This document shows, in pieces, positions 8,410-18,446 of a DNA stretch of 41,817 nucleotides. A program made the position numbers and the translations under genes. Where the stretch lies: positions 1 to 41,817 of the forward strand of contig URBA01000001.1 in NCBI GenBank assembly GCA_900545905.1, read 5' to 3'. Under the pieces are notes generated by a model, which did no database searches, had not been told where the DNA came from, and worked only from the letters and a program-made list of their open reading frames with translations. The DNA comes from an uncultured Collinsella sp. (lineage in GTDB: Bacteria; Actinomycetota; Coriobacteriia; Coriobacteriales; Coriobacteriaceae). Position 1 is the first letter of the stretch. Each line of letters starts with the position of its first letter.

Positions 8410-8718
8410 ATGGCACTCCCTCAGCTTACCGATGAGCAGCGCAAGCAGGCTCTTGAGAAGGCTGCTGCCGCACGTCATGCCCGCGCTGAGCTTCGCGAGC
8501 AGATCAAGAAGGGCGAGAAGTCCCTCGAGTCCGTGCTCAACTCCGATGACCCCATCGCTTCCCGCATGAAGGTTTCCACCCTCATCGAGTCTCTCCCTGG
8601 TTATGGCAAGGCCAAGGCCGCCAAGATCATGGAGGAGCTCGGTATCTCCGCTACCCGTCGCGTCCAGGGCCTCGGCGTCCGTCAGCGCGAGCAGCTCCTC
8701 GAGCAGCTGACCAAATAA
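8410..8718 (+). CDS. mihF: Actinobacterial integration host factor (mIHF/sIHF)
   Basis: MALPQLTDEQRKQALEKAAAARHARAE...MKVSTLIESLPGYGKAKA...RRVQGLG. Canonical pyrF-mihF-gmk-rpoZ context. Confidence 0.95.
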   Translation: MALPQLTDEQRKQALEKAAAARHARAELREQIKKGEKSLESVLNSDDPIASRMKVSTLIESLPGYGKAKAAKIMEELGISATRRVQGLGVRQREQLLEQLTK

Positions 8719-9288
8719 GTGAGCGCTCAGGATTCCAAGCTCTTTGTGATTTCTGGACCGTCAGGCGCAGGCAAGGGTACGCTCGTCACTCGTGTGCGCG
8801 AGCGCCGCTCGAACCTGGGCCTGACGGTTTCGGCTACCACGCGAGCACCACGTAAAGGTGAGGTCGACGGCGTCAACTACTTTTTTCTGACGCGCGAGGA
8901 GTTCGACCGCCGCGTGGCAAACGGTGAGTTTGTTGAGTGGGCCGAGGTCCACGGTAACTGCTACGGCACGTTGGTGAGCGAGGTCACATCCAAGCTCGCC
9001 TCGGGCGCGTCTCTGATTTTGGAGATCGATGTCCAGGGCGCCCTGCAGGTGAAGGAGCGTTTCCCCGAGGCCGTGCTGATCTTTATCAAGCCGCCTTCGC
9101 TTGAGGTGCTTCGCGAGCGTCTAGTCGGTCGCGGTACCGAGACGCCCGAGACGATTGAGCTGCGTATGGCAAACGCCGCCGATGAGCTTGCCCTTGCCGA
9201 CCGCTACGACGACGTCGTGGTTAATGACGATCTCGACCGCGCGACCGATGAGCTCGTTCGCGTTCTCGATATGCATGAAAGGATCTGA
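8719..9288 (+). CDS. gmk: Guanylate kinase
   Basis: GPSGAGKGT P-loop, SATTRAPRKGEVDGVNYFF, EIDVQGA. Confidence 0.97.
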   Translation: MSAQDSKLFVISGPSGAGKGTLVTRVRERRSNLGLTVSATTRAPRKGEVDGVNYFFLTREEFDRRVANGEFVEWAEVHGNCYGTLVSEVTSKLASGASLILEIDVQGALQVKERFPEAVLIFIKPPSLEVLRERLVGRGTETPETIELRMANAADELALADRYDDVVVNDDLDRATDELVRVLDMHERI

Positions 9289-9293
9289 GGTCC

Positions 9294-9575
9294 GTGTCCG
9301 TTGTAAAGCCTTGCATTGACGATCTTCTGGAGAAGACCGATCACAACCGCTTCCTGCTCGCTTCGCTTGCCTCCAAGCGCGCCTGCGACATCAATAGCAT
9401 GCTGCGTGGCCAGCACAATCGCGTGCTTGCCGTCCAGGATGTCGATGACATCACCATCGGGCTTTCCGGTGCCGATACCATCTCGATGGCTATGGACGAG
9501 ATTGTCGACGGCGACATCTCTTACGACGAGGCCCGTTACGAGAAGGCGCTCGGCCACAAGGTTGCTGAAGCCTAA
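9294..9575 (+). CDS. rpoZ: RNA polymerase omega subunit
   Basis: PCIDDLLEKTDHNRFLLASLASKRA...ISMAMDEIVDG. Follows gmk. Confidence 0.88.
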   Translation: MSVVKPCIDDLLEKTDHNRFLLASLASKRACDINSMLRGQHNRVLAVQDVDDITIGLSGADTISMAMDEIVDGDISYDEARYEKALGHKVAEA

Positions 9576-10820
9576 ATGGCGGCTCGCGTCTGCCTGGTCC
9601 ACTATCACGAGGTTGGACTGAAGGGTAAGAACCGCGCACATTTTGAGCATATCCTCATGGATAACATCAAGGCGGCCTTGGCCGCCTTTTCCGTGAATGC
9701 CGTGTCTCGAATTTCCGGTTATATCCTCGTGACCTTTAACGAGCATCAGGCCGATGAGGCGGCGCGTGTCATTCGCACCGTTCCCGGCGTTGCACGTGTG
9801 TCTTTGGCGTATCACACCAACCGCGACTCGCAGGAGTACTGCGCCGCCGCCGTGAAGGCGCTGCGCGAGTTTGGTTCCTTCGATTCTTTTAAGGTGCACG
9901 CCAAGCGCTCCAATACTGACTATGAGCTTACCTCGATTGACATCAATCGTCAGGTGGGTGAGGTGCTGTGTGAGGCCTTCCCCGATAAAAAGGTCCAGAT
10001 GCACGATCCTGACGCTATGGTGCACGTGCTGGTGGTCCAGGGTAGCGTCTATGTGTATGCGCGCTCTGAGCGCGGCGTGGGTGGTCTTCCGGTGGGGTCT
10101 GCCGGCAAGGTCGTGACGCTGCTTTCTTCGGGTATCGATTCTCCGGTGGCGACCTGGATGCTCGCGCGTCGCGGCGCGGTGTGCGTGCCGGTACATTTCT
10201 CCGGTCGTCCGCAGACGCCCGATACGAGCGAGTATTTGGTGCAGGACATCATCCGTGCGCTTGAGCCGGGTGTCCAGATCGGCCGACTGTACGTAGTGCC
10301 GTTTGGCGACTGCCAGCGTGAGATTTCGGTCACCTGTCCCAGCAACCTGCGCGTGATCATGTATCGCCGCATTATGTATTCGGTTGCTGAGCGCATTGCG
10401 CACATCGAGGGTGCCAAGGCCATCGTTACGGGCGAATCGCTTGGGCAGGTTGCCTCCCAAACGCTTGAGAATATCATGGCCGTCAACGAGGCCGTGAAGA
10501 TCCCCGTGTTCCGCCCTCTCATCGGTTCGGACAAGCAGGAGATCATCGCGCGCGCCGAGGAGATCGGTACGTTCGATATCTCCACTGAGGCCGCTCCCGA
10601 CTGCTGCACGCTGTTTATGCCGCGCCGTCCCGAGACGCACGCTAAACTCGATGCCGTGCATGAGGCCTGGGAGTTGTTCGATCACGAGGAGATGATCGAG
10701 CGCCTGCTCAAGCAGACCGAGTACATCGACTTTGAGAGCAACACGTATAAGGCCCCTAAGACCTTAAAACGCAAACATTCGGAGCTTACTCCGCGTGAGA
10801 TTTACCAAGATCACGAGTAA
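9576..10820 (+). CDS. thiI: tRNA 4-thiouridine synthase ThiI (THUMP + PP-loop, no rhodanese domain)
   Basis: EVGLKGKNR, GGLPVGS, LLSSGIDSPVA, TGESLGQVASQT, RPLIGSDKQEI, DCC. Confidence 0.95.
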   Translation: MAARVCLVHYHEVGLKGKNRAHFEHILMDNIKAALAAFSVNAVSRISGYILVTFNEHQADEAARVIRTVPGVARVSLAYHTNRDSQEYCAAAVKALREFGSFDSFKVHAKRSNTDYELTSIDINRQVGEVLCEAFPDKKVQMHDPDAMVHVLVVQGSVYVYARSERGVGGLPVGSAGKVVTLLSSGIDSPVATWMLARRGAVCVPVHFSGRPQTPDTSEYLVQDIIRALEPGVQIGRLYVVPFGDCQREISVTCPSNLRVIMYRRIMYSVAERIAHIEGAKAIVTGESLGQVASQTLENIMAVNEAVKIPVFRPLIGSDKQEIIARAEEIGTFDISTEAAPDCCTLFMPRRPETHAKLDAVHEAWELFDHEEMIERLLKQTEYIDFESNTYKAPKTLKRKHSELTPREIYQDHE

Positions 10821-10830
10821 ATTTGTGCAT

Positions 10831-10863
10831 AGACCGACGATGCGTCTGCATCGTCGGTCTTTT
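10831..10863 (+). terminator. Intrinsic terminator after thiI
   Basis: AGACCGACGATGC-GTCT-GCATCGTCGGTCT followed by TTT, perfect 13-bp stem. Confidence 0.85.
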
Positions 10864-11033
10864 GCTATCTGGGCATTTTGTGGCTAAGTGTTCATTTGCT
10901 GACGTGTGCCTGAATAAATGGACGGATTTGTGCAAGGTTTTGGTCGGCTTTTGGTTTGACCGCTAAAACCGGTTTTGGGGCGTGGCTGTTACAGGGCTCC
11001 TTTCCTGACACGATGGTGTTGGGAGGTTTTGCT

Positions 11034-11747
11034 ATGGCGCAGCGCGAACAACACGAACGGGTCAAAAAGATGGACCGCTTGGCGGACAAGCTGCTCGGTC
11101 ATAAGGCAGTGGTGATGGCGATACTGGTCGTCATTGCGATGTCGAGCGGCTTGGCGATGGCGAACCTTGGCGGCGGTGCCGGCGCCGTGTCGTTTGAGCG
11201 CACTGACGGTTCGGGCTCGTTGGTGGAGCCGGGATCCGGTGATGCCTCGAGCGGAAAGACATCCGAAGGTTCTTCGACTAAGGCTTCTGCCGCGGCAGAG
11301 GTCTATGTCGATGTCGATGGCGCCGTTGTGTCGCCCGGTGTATATCGTCTCAAGGACGGCGCGCGGGTGGCTCAGGCGATTGATGCCGCCGGCGGGCTGG
11401 CGCCCGAGGCAGACGTTACGGGGCTCAATCGGGCATCTAAGGTCACTGATGGACAAAAAATCCACGTTCCAACGGTAGGGGAGCAGCAGGCGTCTATTGC
11501 GGAAGCCGGTGTTGATGGTGGGACTTCCGCATCATCGGGCGTGAGCGGCGCAACAGGCCTGGTAAACATCAATACGGCAAGCGCGGCAGAGCTGCAGACG
11601 CTCTCGGGCATCGGTCCCTCCATGGCCCAGTCGATTATCGATGAGCGGACAAAGAACGGTGCTTTTGCCTCGGTTGACGACCTGATGCGTGTGTCGGGAA
11701 TCGGCGAGAAGAAGCTTGCCAAAATCAAAGATTGCATCTGCGTATGA
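11034..11747 (+). CDS. comEA: Competence DNA receptor ComEA
   Basis: N-terminal TM segment, SLBB domain (VDVDGAVVSPGVY), HhH domain VNINTASAAELQTLSGIGPSMAQSII...RVSGIGEK. ATG 11034 after GGAGG. Confidence 0.93.
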   Translation: MAQREQHERVKKMDRLADKLLGHKAVVMAILVVIAMSSGLAMANLGGGAGAVSFERTDGSGSLVEPGSGDASSGKTSEGSSTKASAAAEVYVDVDGAVVSPGVYRLKDGARVAQAIDAAGGLAPEADVTGLNRASKVTDGQKIHVPTVGEQQASIAEAGVDGGTSASSGVSGATGLVNINTASAAELQTLSGIGPSMAQSIIDERTKNGAFASVDDLMRVSGIGEKKLAKIKDCICV

Positions 11748-14047
11748 GTGCGACCGAGCGCGAGCGTGTTATGCCTCCGCGGCCCCTGCTTCCGTGGACG
11801 ATGACCCTGTGTGCCGGCATGTGCATGAGCTGCGTCTTGGTGCTCAACATGGCCGCTGATGCGCTGTTGAGGGAGCGGGCGCCAGCGGTCGGGCCGCTAT
11901 GGACCATTCCCGTTGCGGCGGCGGTATTTGTTATGCTGGCTCAATCATGTGCGCGGCTTGCCCCTTTGAAGCGGTGGCTGTATGCCGCGTCCGTCGGTCT
12001 CGTGGCGGGAGCGGTCGTCTCGGCCTGGTGGGCTGTGGGTGCGCTAAGCGCCTCGAAGGCGCTCGACGGTCGAGCGGCAAGCAGCCTCGAGTTTGTCGTG
12101 CAGGGCGATCCATCAATAAACGACGACGTGTATTCCTATACCTGCGAGGCACGCGCGGACGGTAAGAACTTGGCAACGGTTCGCCTATCGTGCGACCGCG
12201 AGCTCAAGGTCGGGGCGCACGTGCGTGTTATCGGTCGCGTTTCGCGTTTTGAGAACGATGCGTATGGACGATCGCGCGTGCTCCGAGGCGAGGTATGCAA
12301 GGTAAAAGCCGTTCGGATTGTGTCGGTCGATGAGGGCTCTCCGGGGCCGCTGCTTCGGCTACGAAATGGGCTGCTTGCGTCCATCGCGCCTGCGACCGAC
12401 CCGGCGCGTGCACTCATAGCCGGTGTCGTCTGCGGTCGTTCGGCCGAGCTGCGCGCCCAGTCGGCGGGCGACTGGTTTTCGGTGACGGGTACGGCGCATC
12501 TTATCGCCGTCTCCGGCAGCCATTTGTCTATCGTGGGGTTTGTAATTGAGGGCGTATTGCAAAAGACTCGGTGTTCACGTGGTCTTCGGCGGGTGATATT
12601 GGCGATAACGCTTGTGGGCTACGCTGCCTTTACGGGCGCGTCTCCCTCGGCCGCGCGCGCGTGCTGCATGGTGTTCGCGACGCTTGTCGTAAACGGCGCA
12701 GGGCGTCGCCGGCACGGCGCATCGGCGCTCTTCGTAACCATGTCCATCTTTGTGCTACTGCGGCCGACGGTGCTGTTCGAGATGGGCTTTCAGCTTTCAT
12801 GTGCCAGCGTCTTAGCCATTCTGTGCTTTTGCCCCTATGCGACCTACGCTTTGGGTGAGTTGGGTGTGCCGTCGGGCGTTGCCAGCATGCTTTCCGTCAC
12901 GCTGTGCTCGCAGTTGGCGACGCTCCCCATTACCATTCCTGCCTTCGGTACGTTCTCGCTCATTGCTCCGCTGGCAAATGCGGTCATCGGTCCGGTGGTG
13001 AGCGTACTGCTCGCTGTGTCGATCGTACTGGTTCCCTATTCGCTCGTGGCACCATTGCGGATTTGGGCGCTCATTGTGCCCATGGTTGCCGCCCGTTGCG
13101 CGTTGTTCTTCGAGCAGCTGTTTGCCGCCGTGCCGGGTGCATCCGTGAGTGTGCCGCCCGATAGCATGTGGATTTACCTAGTGCCGTGTTTGCTGGCGGT
13201 TCTGCTGGTCTGGTGGCCGCGTCCCCGTGCACGTCCTATGGCGGTGGGGCTTACGTGCCTGGTGTTCTTGGCTGCGATTCCGTACGCCTACTGGGATCGG
13301 TTCGCTCCGCCTTCGGTGACGGTGCTCGATGTGGGCCAGGCCGATGCGATTCTTATCCGCCAGGGCGGCACAGTAGCGCTCGTCGACTGCGGGCTCGACG
13401 AGCGCGTGGTGGCGGCGTTGGTTCGCAATAACGTGCACCATATCGATGCCGTCTTTGTGACGCATTGGGATGAGGATCACTGGGGTGGTCTGCCTGCCGT
13501 GCTCGAACAGTTTTCGGTCGGAACGATTGCCGTGGCGGCAGATGCGCTGGAGGATGCTCCTGCCGAGGTATTGAACCGACCTGGCGTGGAGTATCGGCAG
13601 GTGCGCCATGGGGATACGGTCGACATCGGCTCATTTTGCGCCCGCGTGATGTGGCCATTCGAGTCCGTGGATGGCGAGGGCAATGAGGACTCGCTTGTCC
13701 TGCTGCTCTCTTATGTTCAGGAAGACAAGGGCCTGCGCATGCTCCTCACCGGTGATGCCGAGCTCGACCAGGAACGGGAATTCGTGCAGGAGGTGGGGGA
13801 TATCGATGTCCTTAAACTCGGGCATCACGGCTCCAAGGTTTCGGTCGATGCCGCGCTGCTGGAGATTCTGAGACCCGAGCTTTCCCTCGCGAGCGCGGGC
13901 GAGGGGAATCGATACGGTCATCCGTCCGATGCCTGCATCGATGCCGTGAAGGAAGCGGGTGGCGTGTTCGCGTGCACCATCGAACACGGCGACATTACCG
14001 TCACGCCGACTGAGAATGGCTTTGCGATGCGATGCCAGCGACCGTGA
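11744..14047 (+). CDS. comEC: DNA uptake channel ComEC/Rec2
   Basis: Competence domain GTAHLIAVSGSHL, GFQLS, many TM segments, C-terminal MBL domain LDVGQAD, THWDEDH, LLTGDAE, LKLGHHGS, NRYGHP. ATGA overlap with comEA. Confidence 0.93.
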   Translation: MSATERERVMPPRPLLPWTMTLCAGMCMSCVLVLNMAADALLRERAPAVGPLWTIPVAAAVFVMLAQSCARLAPLKRWLYAASVGLVAGAVVSAWWAVGALSASKALDGRAASSLEFVVQGDPSINDDVYSYTCEARADGKNLATVRLSCDRELKVGAHVRVIGRVSRFENDAYGRSRVLRGEVCKVKAVRIVSVDEGSPGPLLRLRNGLLASIAPATDPARALIAGVVCGRSAELRAQSAGDWFSVTGTAHLIAVSGSHLSIVGFVIEGVLQKTRCSRGLRRVILAITLVGYAAFTGASPSAARACCMVFATLVVNGAGRRRHGASALFVTMSIFVLLRPTVLFEMGFQLSCASVLAILCFCPYATYALGELGVPSGVASMLSVTLCSQLATLPITIPAFGTFSLIAPLANAVIGPVVSVLLAVSIVLVPYSLVAPLRIWALIVPMVAARCALFFEQLFAAVPGASVSVPPDSMWIYLVPCLLAVLLVWWPRPRARPMAVGLTCLVFLAAIPYAYWDRFAPPSVTVLDVGQADAILIRQGGTVALVDCGLDERVVAALVRNNVHHIDAVFVTHWDEDHWGGLPAVLEQFSVGTIAVAADALEDAPAEVLNRPGVEYRQVRHGDTVDIGSFCARVMWPFESVDGEGNEDSLVLLLSYVQEDKGLRMLLTGDAELDQEREFVQEVGDIDVLKLGHHGSKVSVDAALLEILRPELSLASAGEGNRYGHPSDACIDAVKEAGGVFACTIEHGDITVTPTENGFAMRCQRP

Positions 14048-14125
14048 CGACGTCGTTGGCGTGTGGTGGGCCCCTGGGCTAGAATGGCACGGAACGAATA
14101 CGAAGGCCTGCGGGAGGGGAGCGCA

Positions 14126-15088
14126 ATGTCCGAAACCGGTCTGCTGCCGGCATATCTGATCGTCGGTACCGACGGAGTCAAGCGCGATCACGCCGTCTCG
14201 CGTATGAAAGCGCGTCTGGAAAAGTCGGGTATGGTCGAGTTTAACCTCGACGAGCGCGACATGACTAAGGACCCCGATATCGAGTCCATTATCGGATCGC
14301 TTAACACCTTTCCGATGGGCAGCGAGTTTCGCCTGGTAATCCTTGATGGCTGCTCAAAGCTCGCTAAGGCTGTCTCGGAGCCGCTCGTCGAGTACCTCGC
14401 AAGTCCCAGCCCCACAACGGTCTGCCTCATCATCGCCGACTCGCTTGCCAAGAACACGCGCCTGTATAAGGCGATCGCCAAGATCGACAAGAAGGCCGTG
14501 ATCGATTGCTCCGGCACCAAGCGCTGGGAGCTACCGCGCCGCGTTCAGCAGATGGCGACGCAGCATGGCAAGTCGATCTCGACGGCGGCCGCCGAGGAAC
14601 TCGTCTCGCGTTCGGGTGAAAACACTCGCATGCTCGATAACGATTTGGCTAAGCTTGCCCAGATGGTCGAGGCGCCCCAGATTGAGCTTGCCGACGTTGA
14701 GCGCTGGATTGTACGTACGGCCGAGGTTCAGCCCTGGGACTTTCTCAATGCGGTCTCGGCCCGTGACATGCGCCGCTCGCTCGAGCTCTTCAATCTACTG
14801 CCCGCCAAGAGCTACGTGTGGACTTACACATTGCTGTGCGGCCGTATTCGCGAGCTTATCGTTGCCAAGGCGCTCGATGCGCGCGGACAGGGTCGTGAGC
14901 TGGCCGCAACGCTTAAGCTCCAGTCCTGGCAGGTCAAGAATCACCTGACCTGGGCTCGCCGCTTTTCGATGGCAGAGCTCGTCGCAGCGCTCGAGGGAGC
15001 GGTCGATGTGGAGCTCGCGCTCAAGGATTCGGCCGATTCTGAGACCGCGCTTTTGCTCTGGATTACGAACATCTTGAGAAAATCGTGA
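14126..15088 (+). CDS. holA: DNA polymerase III delta subunit
   Basis: PAYLIVG...FN...TFPMGSEFRLVIL, ELVSRSG. Canonical comEA-comEC-holA-rpsT order. Confidence 0.88.
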   Translation: MSETGLLPAYLIVGTDGVKRDHAVSRMKARLEKSGMVEFNLDERDMTKDPDIESIIGSLNTFPMGSEFRLVILDGCSKLAKAVSEPLVEYLASPSPTTVCLIIADSLAKNTRLYKAIAKIDKKAVIDCSGTKRWELPRRVQQMATQHGKSISTAAAEELVSRSGENTRMLDNDLAKLAQMVEAPQIELADVERWIVRTAEVQPWDFLNAVSARDMRRSLELFNLLPAKSYVWTYTLLCGRIRELIVAKALDARGQGRELAATLKLQSWQVKNHLTWARRFSMAELVAALEGAVDVELALKDSADSETALLLWITNILRKS

Positions 15089-15137
15089 TGATACCTGCCT
15101 ATTTGGCAAATTCGTTCTATCCCTTTGAGGGGGAGCG

Positions 15138-15146
15138 TGCTATAGT
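15138..15146 (+). promoter_or_regulatory. Extended -10 promoter for rpsT
   Basis: TG-C-TATAGT, the same string as upstream of rpmB. Confidence 0.5.
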
Positions 15147-15221
15147 AGGCGCTTGCATGACCTCACCGTGTCTCAGAGGTGTCATACATTTTTTGCAAGG
15201 AACTCGAAAGGAACTCCAGAA

Positions 15222-15488
15222 GTGGCAAACATCAAGTCTCAGAAGAAGCGTATCCGCACCAATGAGGCAGCTCGCATGCGTAACAAGGCTGTCAAGTCCG
15301 AGCTCAAGACGCTGACCAAGCACGTCCAGTCCGCCGTCGCCGAGGGCGACGCCGAGAAGGCCCAGGCCGCCCTCAAGACCGTCACCAAGCGTCTCGACAT
15401 GGCTGCCGCCAAGCATGTTATCCACAAGAACCAGGCTTCCAACCGCAAGTCCGGTCTTGCCAAGCTCGTGAACAGCACCAACGCCTAA
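15222..15488 (+). CDS. rpsT: 30S ribosomal protein S20
   Basis: [26 protein letters not shown]...[15 protein letters not shown] start. Confidence 0.97.
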   Translation: MANIKSQKKRIRTNEAARMRNKAVKSELKTLTKHVQSAVAEGDAEKAQAALKTVTKRLDMAAAKHVIHKNQASNRKSGLAKLVNSTNA

Positions 15489-15522
15489 GTTGTAAATTTC
15501 ACACCACACAGATTACGCGCAT

Positions 15523-15559
15523 AAATGGAGCCTGTTTTATGGAACAGGCTCCATTTTTT
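15523..15559 (+). terminator. Intrinsic terminator after rpsT
   Basis: AAATGGAGCCTGTT-TTATGG-AACAGGCTCCATTT plus T-run. Confidence 0.88.
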
Positions 15560-15584
15560 GTATCGCTCGGGTAAGATAGTCCGC

Positions 15585-17396
15585 ATGAATACTTCAAATG
15601 ACATTTCCCACATCCGCAACTTCTCGATTGTTGCGCACATCGACCATGGCAAGTCAACGATCAGTGACCGCATCCTCGAGCTCACCCATACCGTCGACGA
15701 GCGCGACATGGAGTCGCAGCTGCTCGACACCATGGATATCGAGCGCGAGCGCGGCATTACGATCAAGTCCAATGCCGTTCGCGTGTCCTATGACGCCGAC
15801 GATGGCGAGACGTATCAGTTCAACCTGATCGATACGCCGGGCCACGTGGACTTTACCTATGAGGTCTCGCGCTCGCTGGCAGCCTGCGAGGGCGCGGTGC
15901 TCGTTGTCGACGCCACGCAGGGCGTCGAGGCGCAGACCGTCTCCAACGCGACGCTCGCCATGAACGCCAATCTGGACATTGTGCCGGCCATCAACAAGAT
16001 CGACCTGCCCTCGGCACACCCCGACGAGGTTAAGACCGAGATCGAGGATGACCTGGCGATCCCTGCCGATGATGCCGTGTGTGTCTCGGGCAAGACCGGC
16101 GAGGGCATCCACGATCTGCTGGAGTCCATTGTCTTTTTGATCTCTCCGCCCAAGGGCGATGCGAACGCGCCGCTTAAGGCACTCATTCTGGATTCGTACT
16201 TCGACGAGTATCGTGGCGTCGTCGCCACGGTGCGCGTCTTTGACGGCTCCATCAAAAAAGGCGATACCTTGCGCATGATGCAGGCAAAGGGCGACTTTTT
16301 GGTCGATGGCGTGGGTGTCAAGCGTCCTGCCGAGACCCCGGTTGACGCGCTGACGGTTGGCGAGGTCGGCTACGTGGTCACGGGCCTGAAGGACCCCGAG
16401 GCCGTGCGCGTGGGCGATACCCTCACGTGGGCGTCGAATCCCTGCCCCGAGCCGCTTCCCGGCTACCGCGAGGCTAAACCCATGGTCTATACGGGTCTGT
16501 TCCCGATCGATAACAAGGACTACGAGAACCTGCGTGACGCGCTCGATAAGTTGCACGTCAACGACCCGTCGTTGGTGTGGGAGCCCGAGACCTCGGTGGC
16601 GCTCGGCTTTGGCTTCCGCGTGGGCTTCCTGGGCCTGCTGCACATGGAGGTCGTCAAGGAACGCCTGGAGCGCGAGTTCAACTTGGACCTCATTGCCACG
16701 AGCCCCTCGGTGGACTATCACGTCTACAAGACTGACGGCGAGATGATTGATGTCCGTAGCCCGCAGGATCTTCCCGAGGCCACGCGCATCGAGCGTATCG
16801 AGGAACCCTACCTCAAGGCTAAGATCATCTGCCCGCCCGAGTATACGGGTGCCGTCATGCAGCTCGCTATCGAGCACCGTGGCATTACAACCGACATGAT
16901 CCATCTCACGAGCAAATCGGTCGAGATGCGCTTTGACATGCCGCTCGCCGAGCTCATCTTGGACTTCTTTGATCAGCTCAAGAGCCGTACCAAGGGCTAC
17001 GCCTCCCTGGACTACGAGTTCAACGAGTACCGTCCCTCCGAGCTCGTTAAGCTCGATATTTTGCTTTCGGGCGACGAGGTGGACGCGCTGTCGTTTATCG
17101 TCCACAAGGACAAGGCCTACGGTCTTGCCCGCGGCCTATGCGACAAGCTCAAGGAGATTATTCCGCGTCAGCTGTTCGAGGTGCCCATCCAGGGTGCTAT
17201 CGGCAACAAGATCATTGCCCGCTCCACCGTCAAGGCGCGCCGCAAGGACGTGCTTGCCAAGTGCTACGGCGGCGATATTTCTCGTAAGCGCAAACTGCTC
17301 GAGAAGCAGAAAGAGGGCAAGAAGCGCATGAAGGCCATCGGCTCGGTAGAGGTCCCGCAGGAGGCCTTTATGGCGATTCTCAAGGTGGACGAGTAG
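15585..17396 (+). CDS. lepA: Elongation factor 4 (LepA)
   Basis: [71 protein letters not shown]. Confidence 0.98.
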   Translation: MNTSNDISHIRNFSIVAHIDHGKSTISDRILELTHTVDERDMESQLLDTMDIERERGITIKSNAVRVSYDADDGETYQFNLIDTPGHVDFTYEVSRSLAACEGAVLVVDATQGVEAQTVSNATLAMNANLDIVPAINKIDLPSAHPDEVKTEIEDDLAIPADDAVCVSGKTGEGIHDLLESIVFLISPPKGDANAPLKALILDSYFDEYRGVVATVRVFDGSIKKGDTLRMMQAKGDFLVDGVGVKRPAETPVDALTVGEVGYVVTGLKDPEAVRVGDTLTWASNPCPEPLPGYREAKPMVYTGLFPIDNKDYENLRDALDKLHVNDPSLVWEPETSVALGFGFRVGFLGLLHMEVVKERLEREFNLDLIATSPSVDYHVYKTDGEMIDVRSPQDLPEATRIERIEEPYLKAKIICPPEYTGAVMQLAIEHRGITTDMIHLTSKSVEMRFDMPLAELILDFFDQLKSRTKGYASLDYEFNEYRPSELVKLDILLSGDEVDALSFIVHKDKAYGLARGLCDKLKEIIPRQLFEVPIQGAIGNKIIARSTVKARRKDVLAKCYGGDISRKRKLLEKQKEGKKRMKAIGSVEVPQEAFMAILKVDE

Positions 17397-17400
17397 GTCT

Positions 17401-18444
17401 ATGGCGCTTTCCGAATATAGTCTGCGGCTGCTGGGCGCCTATGCCGAGCAGCCGTTCCTTATGGCTCCCATGGCGGGCGTGACCGACCCTGCCTACCGCA
17501 TCATGTGCCGCCGCCGCGGTGCCAACCTTGCCTACAGCGAGATGGTGAGCGTGGCGGGCCTTGCCTATGCCAGCAACAAAACGTGGCGCCTGGTGCTGCC
17601 GGCCGACGAGGAGCAGCAGATTTGCGTGCAGCTCTTTGGCTCCAAGCCCGATCAGTTTGCGAGTGCCGTCGCCGCCGTCGAGGAGCGCGTTGGCGATCGC
17701 CTGTCATTGATTGATATCAACATGGCTTGTCCGGCGCGCAAGGTCGTTACCAAGGGCGAGGGCTCGGCGCTTATGCGCACGCCCGATCTGGCCGAGAAGA
17801 TCGTCGAGGCGGCGGTGGGCGCGGCACATGTGCCCGTGACTGTAAAGATCCGCAAGGGCTTTTATGCCGAGGACCGTAATGCCGCGACGTTTGCCCAGAT
17901 GCTCGAAGGCGCCGGTGCCGCCGCAGTCGCCGTGCACGGTCGTTGTGCCACGCAGCTCTATACGGGCCAGGCCGATTGGTCTGTCGTCGATGAGGTTGCC
18001 GACGCTGTCGAGATTCCCGTGATTGGTTCGGGTGATGTGTTCTCGGCCGAGGACGCTGCTGAGCATCTGCAAGGCTCGGGTGCCAGCGCGGTGTTTATCG
18101 CGCGCGGCATCTACGGCAATCCGTGGGTGTTCGGTGATGCTCGCGCCCTTGCGCTCGATGGCACGCCGGTTCCTTCTCGCTCCTCGGTCGAGCGCCTGGA
18201 GGCTCTGCGTGAGCACCTGACGTTGACGCACGAGCTTCTGCCGCTTATGTCGCGCGCCCGTACGTACGCGAGCTGGTATCTAAAGGGCATGCCCCATGCC
18301 GCCGCCTGGCGCGCTCAGGTGGTGCGCTGCTCCACGTACGAGGAGTTTATGGCACTGGTCGATGATATCGAGCGCGATGTGGTGGCCTGCGAGGCTGCCC
18401 TTGCCGCCGGCGAATTGGTGCCCCCTCATCCGCTGGAGGCTTAA
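17401..18444 (+). CDS. dusB: tRNA-dihydrouridine synthase (DusB-like)
   Basis: MAPMAGVTD, SEMV, QLFG, DINMACP, GSALM, VTVKIR, HGR. Confidence 0.9.
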   Translation: MALSEYSLRLLGAYAEQPFLMAPMAGVTDPAYRIMCRRRGANLAYSEMVSVAGLAYASNKTWRLVLPADEEQQICVQLFGSKPDQFASAVAAVEERVGDRLSLIDINMACPARKVVTKGEGSALMRTPDLAEKIVEAAVGAAHVPVTVKIRKGFYAEDRNAATFAQMLEGAGAAAVAVHGRCATQLYTGQADWSVVDEVADAVEIPVIGSGDVFSAEDAAEHLQGSGASAVFIARGIYGNPWVFGDARALALDGTPVPSRSSVERLEALREHLTLTHELLPLMSRARTYASWYLKGMPHAAAWRAQVVRCSTYEEFMALVDDIERDVVACEAALAAGELVPPHPLEA

Positions 18445-18446
18445 GG

